Below, in pieces: positions 50,551 through 59,210 of a stretch of DNA of 64,000 nucleotides. The notes under the pieces are model-generated. The model saw only the letters and a list, made by a program, of their open reading frames with translations. It was not told the origin of the DNA and ran no database searches. Numbering within the stretch: the stretch's first letter is position 1; every line of letters begins with the position of its first letter. Where the stretch lies: IMG/VR virus record IMGVR_UViG_3300045988_059940, positions 38,650 through 102,649 of that record; one strand, written 5' to 3'. The DNA is from a virus. The translations under genes were made by a program, and so were the position numbers.

Positions 50551-50793
50551 ATGAAGATTAGAATTGTAAAAAAGTTTTTAAAATACACCATTGAAGAAGA
50601 AGGATTTCCGTTTTCAGAATGGAGAAAATTTAGAAAGCCGTTTTCAAACAACACATTTGAAAAAGAAGAATGGTATGAAGTGTTATTATTTGCATTAGAA
50701 GACGACTGGGTTTTCTTACCGAAAAAACTGAAAGGATATATGATGGCATATATAAAATGGTTTGAAAAAAGACATTCTAATTACTTTATGTAA
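50551..50793 (+). CDS. Hypothetical protein (80 aa)
   Basis: Track ORF. Confidence 0.5.
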   Translation: MKIRIVKKFLKYTIEEEGFPFSEWRKFRKPFSNNTFEKEEWYEVLLFALEDDWVFLPKKLKGYMMAYIKWFEKRHSNYFM

Positions 50794-50798
50794 TGTGA

Positions 50799-50883
50799 GG
50801 AAGATTGGGTGAGTGGCTTAAACCAGCAGTTTGCTAAACTGTCAGTCAGAAATGGCTCAGAGGTTCGAATCCTCTATCTTCCG
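50799..50883 (+). tRNA. tRNA-Ser (GCU), class II
   Basis: GGAAGAT / GCAGT-TTGCTAA-ACTGT / variable arm CAGTCAGAAATGGCTC / AGAGG-TTCGAAT-CCTCT / ATCTTCC-G73. Confidence 0.9.
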
Positions 50884-50906
50884 CATAATTACAACAATAG
50901 GCCTGC

Positions 50907-50994
50907 GGTTCCATATGTCAGAAGATTGGTAAACTGACCAGTAATTTTACTGAACGATATATCGTTATAGCGAGTTCGATTCTTTCTGGAACTG
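50907..50994 (+). ncRNA. Class II tRNA-like element with a truncated anticodon arm (pseudo-tRNA or decoy)
   Basis: The acceptor (GGTTCCA/TGGAACT), D-arm (GTCA/TGAC) and long variable hairpin (AACGATATATCGTT) are present. The T-loop is TTCGATT with an imperfect stem, and the anticodon arm is only CAGTA-ATTT-TACTG. Confidence 0.45.
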
Positions 50995-51090
50995 AGACTG
51001 TGCCGAACGTGATGTAACTGCAAAAACTACGTAGAGTAGAAAGGCTATCACGGTTGTTGTAATTACCTTATAATTTAGACTCTTGAAGCA

Positions 51091-52968
51091 ATGATTATAC
51101 GAAACAAAACAGTCATTACATATGACATTGAAGTTTTCCACAACGTATTTCATTGTACGTGTAAAGATACAGAAACAGGTCAGTTACACTTTTTTGAGTT
51201 AAGTAACAGAAAGAATCAACTAAGAGAATTAGTTGATTTTTTTCGTATTAATACTTATCTATTTTGTGGATATAACAATAAGCATTTTGATGATGTAGTA
51301 ATAAATTATATCATTGATATGATTAATGTAATAGAAACAAAAACTCGATTAAGAGTGGCTGAATCTATTTTTAATCTTTCACAAACAATAATTACGTCTG
51401 AGGAAGATATTAGTCCATTTAAGAAGTGGAAGTATATGTATAATTTTGCTTCTATGGACTTGCTTACAATGCAATTTAGTTCAAAATTACGTGTGGGCTT
51501 AAAGGAAATGCAAGTAACTATGTATTATCCTAACGTAAAAGAATATGCAGGAGATTTTAACGACAACCTGGCAGATTCTGAAATTGACGAAATGATTGCA
51601 TACAACATTAATGATGTTGATTCTACTACGGAGTTATTAAACAGATTAAAATCTGATATAGAATTACGAGAATATATACGACAAGAATATGACATTGATG
51701 CATTGTCTATGGACGGCGTTAAGATTGGTGAGACTTTACTATTGAAAAAGTATTGTGAAGCTACAAATCTAGACCAAGAATATGTGAAAACATTAAGCAG
51801 TCCAATGGATTATATTGCATTAAAAGATGTAATATTACCTATCGTACAATTTAAAAATCCGATTTTAAAAGACGTTCTTGACGAGATGAAAGCCCAAGTT
51901 GTCTACACAAAAGAACGCAAAGGCTATGAGAAGAAGTTTGTTCTCTCAAATGTGTGCTATTCTATTGGAGTAGGAGGAATACATTCCATCCATACTCCTA
52001 GAATCTTCACTCCTAATGCAGATGAATATATTGGACACAGCGATGTAGCATCAATGTATCCGTCCTTTATTATACAGTATGGATGGATACCACAACATTT
52101 AGGTAAAGATTTTTGGCAGGTGTACAGCGCAGTTTACAATGAGCGCATAGAAGCCAAACGTGTCAAACAGAAGTTGAAGGATAAAGTATTAAAGCTTTCC
52201 TTGAACGCTGTTACAGGGAAAATGCAACAAGAGACAAGTTGGATGTACGACCCACTGTCAGTATTTAAAATACGAATTAACGGACAATTAGTTCTGTTGA
52301 TGTTAGTGGAGCGTCTATTAGAGTTAGGTTGTAAGATTGTACAAGTTAACACTGACGGAGTGGTGTATATTGCAAAAAAAGACAAAGCCGAACAAGTAGG
52401 GCAGAGTATTAGAGAAATAGAGCAATTAACACGCTTGTCATTTGAAACAGATAGATACGAAGCGTTTTATCAGTACGCAATCAATGATTATTTCGGTGTC
52501 GTTGATGGTTTCTCTCAATCTAGGGACGAGAAACTGATAGAAAAGAAAGGTATGTTTATCACCAACACCAACCTTGGGAAAGGGTTAACTCCAACCGTAA
52601 TACCAAAGGCGGTGATAAACTATTTTGTAAACAAAGAACCAGTGTCAGAATTTATTAAGAAAGATGAAAACATCTGTGACTTTCTTATGGCACAAAAATG
52701 CGACAGAAAGTTTAAAGTTATACATGGAGAAAAGCCTGTACAACGTATTAATAGATTTTACGCATCAACGAATGACTATTCGTTATTCAAAGTTTCACCA
52801 GAAGGAAAAGAGATTAATATGCTCACAAAATCTGGTGTAACAATCTTGAACCAATTAGATAGTAAGCCGATAGGGGAGAGACATCTAAACTATCTATATT
52901 ATATTAGTGAAGCGAAGAAAATTATTCACGCTTTTGAATGTAGACAGTTAGATTTATTTAATGATTAA
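51091..52968 (+). CDS. Family B DNA polymerase
   Basis: ExoI is YDIEVF, ExoII is YNNKHFDDVVI and ExoIII is YNINDVDST. Motif A is SDVASMYPS, motif B is KLSLNAVTGKM and motif C is VNTDGV. There is no internal TAG. Confidence 0.85.
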   Translation: MIIRNKTVITYDIEVFHNVFHCTCKDTETGQLHFFELSNRKNQLRELVDFFRINTYLFCGYNNKHFDDVVINYIIDMINVIETKTRLRVAESIFNLSQTIITSEEDISPFKKWKYMYNFASMDLLTMQFSSKLRVGLKEMQVTMYYPNVKEYAGDFNDNLADSEIDEMIAYNINDVDSTTELLNRLKSDIELREYIRQEYDIDALSMDGVKIGETLLLKKYCEATNLDQEYVKTLSSPMDYIALKDVILPIVQFKNPILKDVLDEMKAQVVYTKERKGYEKKFVLSNVCYSIGVGGIHSIHTPRIFTPNADEYIGHSDVASMYPSFIIQYGWIPQHLGKDFWQVYSAVYNERIEAKRVKQKLKDKVLKLSLNAVTGKMQQETSWMYDPLSVFKIRINGQLVLLMLVERLLELGCKIVQVNTDGVVYIAKKDKAEQVGQSIREIEQLTRLSFETDRYEAFYQYAINDYFGVVDGFSQSRDEKLIEKKGMFITNTNLGKGLTPTVIPKAVINYFVNKEPVSEFIKKDENICDFLMAQKCDRKFKVIHGEKPVQRINRFYASTNDYSLFKVSPEGKEINMLTKSGVTILNQLDSKPIGERHLNYLYYISEAKKIIHAFECRQLDLFND

Positions 52969-53563
52969 CTCGATAACCTTAGAGTATAAGAGAATGATTA
53001 TTGAAATTAACACAAAACTTCTGGGTATTCCAGAAAAAATAAATTTAAATCAATTACTTTTCCTAAGTATGGTATTGGATAAGAATCAAAAAGCCAATAA
53101 TCAAGACGTCCGCCGAATTGTCAGCCTTATCGACGATGACGAAATATCATGCTTAGTTCAACAAGGACTGCTCACCTCGATAGAGAGAGGTGGGTCAATT
53201 ACATACAAAGAAACAGACAAATTGCTCAACTATATTAAACCTAGTAAAGCTTATTTTGACTTATTCTTTGAGATGTACCCAGTTTATGTAGATAGACCAG
53301 ATGGAACGAAAGGTTACCTTCGAACTAATATACATAAATGCAGACATTTATATAATACCTACGTTGGTAACAGCCAAACTATGGCGGAACACATCAACAA
53401 ATGCCTTGAAAAAGAGTTAGCTAAAAAAGCTCAACAAGGCAAATTAGGTTATATGAAGACTATGTGGAGATGGTTAGTTGACCATCAGTGGGAAGAAATT
53501 GAAGAAGAGATGCGCCACGAAGAAACAACCCAGACACAATCCTATGGAACAGAACTTATCTAA
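52961..53563 (+). CDS. Hypothetical replication-module protein (200 aa)
   Basis: Track ORF overlapping the polymerase stop. Confidence 0.6.
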   Translation: MINSITLEYKRMIIEINTKLLGIPEKINLNQLLFLSMVLDKNQKANNQDVRRIVSLIDDDEISCLVQQGLLTSIERGGSITYKETDKLLNYIKPSKAYFDLFFEMYPVYVDRPDGTKGYLRTNIHKCRHLYNTYVGNSQTMAEHINKCLEKELAKKAQQGKLGYMKTMWRWLVDHQWEEIEEEMRHEETTQTQSYGTELI

Positions 53564-54470
53564 GCTCATTAGACCTATGTCTAGTGTAGCACAAGAAGCT
53601 ATAAATTATATTGAAGGTAGAAAAAATCATGATATAGATTCTTTAAAGACAAGATGGGAGAAGTTCAATAAGCAATGTATGGGTGGTATTGAACCTAACA
53701 CGGTTTATACTATCGCAGGTATTTCTGGAAGCGGTAAATCAAGCGTTACAAACTTGATGCAAACTGATGTAATTGATTTAAATAAGGATAAAGATATTAT
53801 TATACTTAATTTCTCATTAGAGATGGTTGGATTTAGGCAAGTTGGAAGGACGCTATCTAATAAACTTAGAAAAACGACTTCGACTCTGTATAGTTCTGAA
53901 AAGGACCTAGATGACAAAACTTTTAGTGAAGTCATTAAAGTTTCCAATCAGTTAAAGCAGTATCCTATCTACTTTGTAGATGTACCAGTAACTGCCACAC
54001 AAGTAAGTGAAATAATAAAAGAGTTCTATGAATCGTACGTAAAAGGTACGAATAAATACTTCATTATATTCTACGACCATACTTTGTTAACAAAACAAGT
54101 AGGTTCAGTTATAGAAACAATTAGTGAACTTGAAAAAGTATTCATTCAAGCGAAAAAATATCCTCTCACTTCGGTTATACAAATAGCTCAAATGAATAGA
54201 AACATAGAAACTCCTGAACGAATTAACAACTCGTTACATCATTATCCTATGAGAAGTGATATTTCTTCATCAGATGCAGTATTTCAAGCAAGTGATTACG
54301 TATTCGTAATCCATCGACCAGAAATATTGAACATACAAGAATATGGTCCAAACGCTTTACCTACTTATAACAAAGTATACATGCATTTACTTAAAAATAG
54401 AGATGCAGGTAAACCATGTATACTAGAATTTGAAAACGACCTAGCGTTCAATAATCTGATTGAGAGTTAA
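53544..54470 (+). CDS. DnaB-family replicative helicase (RecA-like domain)
   Basis: The Walker A motif is GISGSGKSS, with FSLEM and IAQMNRNIE also present. The start is ambiguous: ATG 53544 or ATG 53577. Confidence 0.7.
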   Translation: MEQNLSKLIRPMSSVAQEAINYIEGRKNHDIDSLKTRWEKFNKQCMGGIEPNTVYTIAGISGSGKSSVTNLMQTDVIDLNKDKDIIILNFSLEMVGFRQVGRTLSNKLRKTTSTLYSSEKDLDDKTFSEVIKVSNQLKQYPIYFVDVPVTATQVSEIIKEFYESYVKGTNKYFIIFYDHTLLTKQVGSVIETISELEKVFIQAKKYPLTSVIQIAQMNRNIETPERINNSLHHYPMRSDISSSDAVFQASDYVFVIHRPEILNIQEYGPNALPTYNKVYMHLLKNRDAGKPCILEFENDLAFNNLIES

Positions 54471-54510
54471 TACTGCATTAAGTATTAACATTTTTATTAG
54501 GCTGACATAT

Positions 54511-54990
54511 ATGAAACTTTACACATTCAATTTTACTTCTACTAACAACAGTAAGCAAACCAAGAAGACTAACAACTTTCCTAAGTATGCTAAACAAACA
54601 GACTATTCTAAGATTCTTGATAGTATTATACTTAATAATGTAATTAATACAAACACGTATTTGACCAAAACAGCCACGGATAAGGCAGTAGAAGAAGCAT
54701 TCAAGGCAAATACGAGTATTAAGTATGGTCTAAGCACGTACGCTGCATATCTTGTAAATCTTATTAAGTCAAAGACAAACTTCCCGTTCAAGTTTGGTAA
54801 GAAGTATATCACAAACAACGGAACTATTATCATTTTCTACGATGATGAAGTTCAGATTGGAACTGACATTTATTCATACGAAGAGTTTGAAGATGAACTG
54901 TTCCTAAACAACTTGGAGCAACCTAAGAAGAAGATTATTATCGACATCTTTGCTCCTGGTAAAAACATTTCAATTAACATTAAGAAATAA
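54511..54990 (+). CDS. Hypothetical protein (159 aa)
   Basis: The in-frame ATG at 54511 within track ORF 54460..54990 is preferred. Confidence 0.55.
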   Translation: MKLYTFNFTSTNNSKQTKKTNNFPKYAKQTDYSKILDSIILNNVINTNTYLTKTATDKAVEEAFKANTSIKYGLSTYAAYLVNLIKSKTNFPFKFGKKYITNNGTIIIFYDDEVQIGTDIYSYEEFEDELFLNNLEQPKKKIIIDIFAPGKNISINIKK

Positions 54991-54995
54991 TATAC

Positions 54996-55736
54996 ATGTT
55001 AGTATTACCTACAACGAAAATTCCAGCTAAGTCTACAAATCCGAAGTATTTAATTATATACGGATTACCTAAATCTGGCAAAACGTCAGCAGTAGCACAG
55101 CTAGAAAATAATTTGATTATAGACCTAGAAGGCGGTTCTACGTTTATTGATGCAATGTCAATACAATGTAGAACTATAAACGAATTAGGCGAAGCCGCAC
55201 AAGCAATTCGCGCTAAGAATGAAGAAGTAGGAAAAAACTTTTACAAACATATAACCATTGACAATGCTACGCGATTAGAAGATATTTGTCTATCATTTGC
55301 AGCACAGCTTTATAGGAAAACAGAGCTTGGAAAGAATTGGAAAGGAGATGACGTAACAACGTTACCTCGTGGTGCTGGATATAAGTATCTACGAGACGCG
55401 GTAAAAAAGGTTATAGATATGTTTAAAGACTTGTGTGATGAGTTTATTCTCATTGGACATGTCAAAGATAGCATTATCGAGAAAGATGGCGAAGAAGTGA
55501 CCGCTAAGGAGATAGACCTTGTCGGCAAACTTGGTAAAATTATATGCGGATTGTCAGATGCAGTAGGATACATCTATCGCAAGGGAAATGAAACCCATAT
55601 CTCATTTAAAGGAGGTACTGACGAAACTATAATGGAAGCAAGAGCTAAGCATATTGCTGGTAAAGATATAGTAATCGCCACTGGAAACGAAGATGGTTCT
55701 ATCACTACGTATTGGGATAGAATCTATAAAGATTAA
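54996..55736 (+). CDS. RecA-like / AAA_24 (Sak4-like) ATPase
   Basis: The Walker A motif is YGLPKSGKTS and the Walker B-like segment is FILIGH. Confidence 0.55.
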   Translation: MLVLPTTKIPAKSTNPKYLIIYGLPKSGKTSAVAQLENNLIIDLEGGSTFIDAMSIQCRTINELGEAAQAIRAKNEEVGKNFYKHITIDNATRLEDICLSFAAQLYRKTELGKNWKGDDVTTLPRGAGYKYLRDAVKKVIDMFKDLCDEFILIGHVKDSIIEKDGEEVTAKEIDLVGKLGKIICGLSDAVGYIYRKGNETHISFKGGTDETIMEARAKHIAGKDIVIATGNEDGSITTYWDRIYKD

Positions 55737-55767
55737 AAACAAATTTAGAACTTATAAGTCAATAATT

Positions 55768-56328
55768 ATGTACAATACGAAAACAGCCGTAACACAAGAG
55801 CAAGAATTTACTTCTGCTTATATGCCCGCAGGTATTAACGAAAACGTAACTTTAAAAGAAGTAAACGTACGTAAGTCACCTACGGACAAAGATTTTTTAG
55901 AGTTTATCTTCGAAGATGTTGACGGAAAAACCGCTAGCATGACAGAATGGAAAAACGAAAAGAACATGTGGATTAAGACCGACGAAGATTTGCAACGTCG
56001 TGATGATTTACAGTTCGGTCGTATTATGCAGATTATAAACTGCTACTATCCTGCAATCGAAGGTTCTTTCGATACATTTAAGGAGATGATTGAGTGGGTT
56101 AAGAAACAGCTTGACCCAATGATTAATACTAAGAAGGCATTGCGTCTAAAAGTAGTTTACGATAACCGTAACTACACGCGCGTATCTTCAAATGGTATCT
56201 TTGTAGAACCAATGACCGTTGAAGACTCTAAAATTAAGAAGTTTGCTCGTGACACTTTCGAGCGACAAATTGTTGCTGACGAAGAGTCAAAACAGGCGGC
56301 AGCAGCTGATAGTGACCTGCCTTTCTAA
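55768..56328 (+). CDS. Single-stranded DNA-binding protein candidate
   Basis: The C-terminal tip ...AAADSDLPF resembles the bacterial SSB tail (DDDIPF). The gene sits in the replication module. Confidence 0.5.
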   Translation: MYNTKTAVTQEQEFTSAYMPAGINENVTLKEVNVRKSPTDKDFLEFIFEDVDGKTASMTEWKNEKNMWIKTDEDLQRRDDLQFGRIMQIINCYYPAIEGSFDTFKEMIEWVKKQLDPMINTKKALRLKVVYDNRNYTRVSSNGIFVEPMTVEDSKIKKFARDTFERQIVADEESKQAAAADSDLPF

Positions 56329-56363
56329 AACTATCCAGTTAAGGGTTCTGTAAAAACCCATAA

Positions 56364-56458
56364 GACACGAATGTGGAACTACAAAAAGTTGATTAATCAT
56401 AGGTTCTTATTTATTGTTGTATTGTAGTTGAGGGGTTCGATTCCCCTCCGTGTCACCA
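56364..56458 (+). ncRNA. tRNA-like element (92 nt plus encoded CCA) with a non-canonical core
   Basis: The acceptor is GACACG/CGTGTC, the T-arm is AGGGG-TTCGATT-CCCCT, and A73 plus CCA are encoded. The core is replaced by an 8-bp helix (AACTACAA/TTGTAGTT) enclosing about 37 nt. Confidence 0.45.
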
Positions 56459-56510
56459 AACAGAGTATTTTTATAAAACGTTTTGTTTGTGAAACTTAGT
56501 ATTAGTTTCA

Positions 56511-56570
56511 GGCAATAGTCTTGGAGATTTCTTTGTAAAAAGATTAGCGGTTCGATTCCGTGTATTGCCA
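56511..56570 (+). ncRNA. Mini tRNA-like element (60 nt)
   Basis: GGCAATA / TCTTT-GTAA-AAAGA hairpin / GCGG-TTCGATT-CCGT / TATTGCC-A. Confidence 0.5.
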
Positions 56571-56589
56571 CTAACTTAAATTATTTCAT

Positions 56590-56922
56590 ATGAAATTTAA
56601 AATTAAAAAGATTGATTACGGAGAAGGTAATGTTCATTATGTTATATTAAAACGAAATTGGCTAGGATTATATGTAAAATTCTTCTATAAAATAAATGGG
56701 TACCATATATATGAATGGAATGATGTGTGTATGAAGCAATTCAATCGAAAAATACTACATTTGACACAAATGGCGTTCGATGAATGCATTATATTAAAAC
56801 ATCTACTTGGTTATAGTGTATTAGACTATTTTACAGACATAGATGCAGCAAAGCATTTTATCAGACTAGTTATAAAATATAAAAAGAAACGTAAAAAAAT
56901 AACATATGAAAAATATCCGTAA
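56590..56922 (+). CDS. Hypothetical protein (110 aa)
   Basis: Track ORF with AT-rich coding composition, embedded in the tRNA-like array. Confidence 0.5.
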   Translation: MKFKIKKIDYGEGNVHYVILKRNWLGLYVKFFYKINGYHIYEWNDVCMKQFNRKILHLTQMAFDECIILKHLLGYSVLDYFTDIDAAKHFIRLVIKYKKKRKKITYEKYP

Positions 56923-56928
56923 TTTTTA

Positions 56929-56989
56929 GGTAATAGCTTCGGAAGCCTCTTCATAAAAAGAGAGTATTGGTTCGACTCCAATATTACCA
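56929..56989 (+). ncRNA. Mini tRNA-like element (61 nt)
   Basis: GGTAATA / GCTT-CGG-AAGC / CTCTT-CATAAA-AAGAG / TTGG-TTCGACT-CCAA / TATTACC-A. Confidence 0.5.
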
Positions 56990-57433
56990 CAACATGCAGT
57001 CTGGTGTAATTAACCCAAGTTAGAATGTGTACAATTCGATGCGGGTGGAGTATGAAAAGAAAATAAGTAGAAGTAGAAAAACTCGCGAATAAGTATATTT
57101 TAAAAGTTTTCAAAGTAATATCTTGCAGACCATCTATGAGGATGGAGGTTGGAGATAACAAGTTTATCTACTGCATTATGGGGGTATATGGCTTTGATTT
57201 TAGACGGAAGATATGTAAGCATGTAGAGCTTGTAACAGCTCTTAAATATAGTTACAATAAAATTAACCGACAACGTTATTTTGTCAATTGCAGCTTAATT
57301 GAATAATAGTAAATTTGGCGCACATTACACAGAACCACTCAAAGTAACTGTATATGTAATGTAATTATTTGGGATTCAAAATGTTTATTCATAATTTTAA
57401 ACATGTAGAAAGCATATAATAACTCTGAAAGAC

Positions 57434-57458
57434 GTGGGTTCGAATCCCACTACCTCCA
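57434..57458 (+). ncRNA. Orphan T-arm plus 3' acceptor strand (tRNA 3' half-like)
   Basis: GTGGG-TTCGAAT-CCCAC-TACCTCC-A. The only candidate 5' partner (GGAGGTT) lies about 290 nt upstream at 57144. Confidence 0.35.
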
Positions 57459-57560
57459 CAAGGCCATTCTTTTGCGTTTTAAGCGCTTAATACAGCTCTC
57501 TAACACATTTCATCACCTCCCAGTGTTGAGTGGCTTAGAACAAAAAAGAATGGCTAATTT

Positions 57561-57606
57561 GAGTAATAATATAGGAACAAGGAAGGTTCAAATCCTTCAT
57601 TACTCA
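57561..57606 (+). ncRNA. Minimal tRNA-like minihelix (46 nt)
   Basis: GAGTAAT / 14-nt linker / GAAGG-TTCAAAT-CCTTC / ATTACTC-A. Confidence 0.5.
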
Positions 57607-57630
57607 CACTAACTAAGAACTTATAAGTCA

Positions 57631-58602
57631 ATGTATAGTACAAAAACCGCAATAACCATGAGTTTACGTGATTTGTTGTCTATGTTAGATGATGAAAGCA
57701 TTTACACTTATTATTTAGGTTCTATTAAAGTAAATAAGCTAATCAATTCACCTATAAGAGATGGAGATAAAAATCCATCATTTGCAATATTTAGAGGAAA
57801 AGAAGGAGGTTTATTCTTTAAAGACCACGGAACTGGCGAAGGAGGTAACTCATTTAAATTCGTTAAGTTAATGGCCAAAATAGATACACGAGAAGAGCTA
57901 GAAAAAGAACTTCTACGTATAGTCAAAAAAACTAATCCAAGTATGATAGTAAAGAATCATACGTATTTTACGGTAGAACATACAGTAGATATAGGAGTAG
58001 TAAGACAGCCATTTACGGAAGTAGATAAGAGGTTTTGGAAGCAATTTCATATATCTCTTGATACTTTACGTAAATACCAAGTTTTTAGCATTAAATACTT
58101 TCTTTGTAATAGAATCGTCAAAGGAATCTACAAAGAAGATAGTCCTATGTATGCATATAAAGTGTTAGATAAGTTTAAGATTTATCGACCACTAGCGTCG
58201 AAGTATACTAAATGGCGTTCGAATCTGACAAATTCGTATGTTCAGGGACTATCCGAAATACCTATCGACGGAGGTAATCTGCTAATAATCACAAAATCAT
58301 TGAAAGATGTTATGTGTTGTTATGAGATGGGATTTAATGCAATAGCAGCTTCAAGTGAAACTTCTTTTATACCAGAAGATATACTAGAAGACTTAAAAAA
58401 TAAGTGGAAAAATATTGTAATACTATACGATAGAGATAAAACAGGAATGTTGAAGGCTAGACAATATAGTAGACAGTATAAATTAGATGCATTTTTTATC
58501 CATAGGAGATTTAAAGCAAAAGATTTATCTGATGCAATAAAACTAAATGGATTTGACCAAGTAAACAAATGGTTATCAAAAACATTAGAAAATTATGTTT
58601 AA
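57631..58602 (+). CDS. DnaG/TOPRIM-type DNA primase
   Basis: The N-terminal primase-like segment is DKNPSFAIFRGKEGGLFFKDHGTGEGGN, and the TOPRIM region is LLIITKSLKDVMC...AASSE...ILYDRDKTG. Confidence 0.65.
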   Translation: MYSTKTAITMSLRDLLSMLDDESIYTYYLGSIKVNKLINSPIRDGDKNPSFAIFRGKEGGLFFKDHGTGEGGNSFKFVKLMAKIDTREELEKELLRIVKKTNPSMIVKNHTYFTVEHTVDIGVVRQPFTEVDKRFWKQFHISLDTLRKYQVFSIKYFLCNRIVKGIYKEDSPMYAYKVLDKFKIYRPLASKYTKWRSNLTNSYVQGLSEIPIDGGNLLIITKSLKDVMCCYEMGFNAIAASSETSFIPEDILEDLKNKWKNIVILYDRDKTGMLKARQYSRQYKLDAFFIHRRFKAKDLSDAIKLNGFDQVNKWLSKTLENYV

Positions 58603-58837
58603 TTTTATTTTATTAACGTTTGTTGCTTTACTCGGTAGCGGACTAGGTTGTTATTTATATGATGAACTAGTATGTTGGAAAGTAATAAAAACGAAAACGA
58701 TAAAAGTTCAACTCTTCGAAGGACAAGTACACTCTTTTGTTAGTGTACTAAATAAAAAATCAAATGAGATAATTAATGTCTATTTTGATAAAGACGGAGC
58801 TTATTCTGTAAAATATGCGAGGTCAAGGGAGAGTTAA
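58595..58837 (+). CDS. Small membrane protein (80 aa)
   Basis: N-terminal TM segment. Confidence 0.5.
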   Translation: MFNFILLTFVALLGSGLGCYLYDELVCWKVIKTKTIKVQLFEGQVHSFVSVLNKKSNEIINVYFDKDGAYSVKYARSRES

Positions 58838-59210
58838 AAATGCGACAAGAGTCGATAAATATGGTCTACGTTTCCGTAGTAAACTCGAATGCTATACTTA
58901 TGAAGCTTTTATGAAGGCAGGAATACCTGTTCAGTATGAGCCAAAGCATTTTGAACTATTGCCTAAGTTTGAATACATGGGTGAAAAAATTCGAGCTATT
59001 ACATATCTACCAGATTTTATCGGGAAAGGATTTGTAGTAGAATGTAAAGGACTAATTGGTGACAGTTTTCCTTTACGTTATAAACTTTTCAAATACTACC
59101 TAAAAAGACACAACAGTAAAATGAAGTGTTATTTAGTGAGAAATCATAAACAGGTAGACGAAATGATTCAAGAATTATTAAATCAGAAATCATGCAAAAA
59201 AACTTCATAA
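58815..59210 (+). CDS. PD-(D/E)XK nuclease (DUF1064-like resolvase/endonuclease)
   Basis: Contains RSKLECYTYEAF...YLPDF...VVECKG. Confidence 0.5.
   Translation: MRGQGRVKNATRVDKYGLRFRSKLECYTYEAFMKAGIPVQYEPKHFELLPKFEYMGEKIRAITYLPDFIGKGFVVECKGLIGDSFPLRYKLFKYYLKRHNSKMKCYLVRNHKQVDEMIQELLNQKSCKKTS

Noticed and set aside
57144-57458. An intron-containing tRNA, with a 5' half at 57144 (GGAGGTT..AGAT/ATCT D-arm..CTGCA) and a 3' half at 57434-57458
   Set aside because: The intervening 250 nt or so is AT-rich with no group I core. The 3' anticodon-stem strand is not adjacent to the T-arm, and the acceptor pairing has a mismatch. It is reported only as an orphan T-arm.
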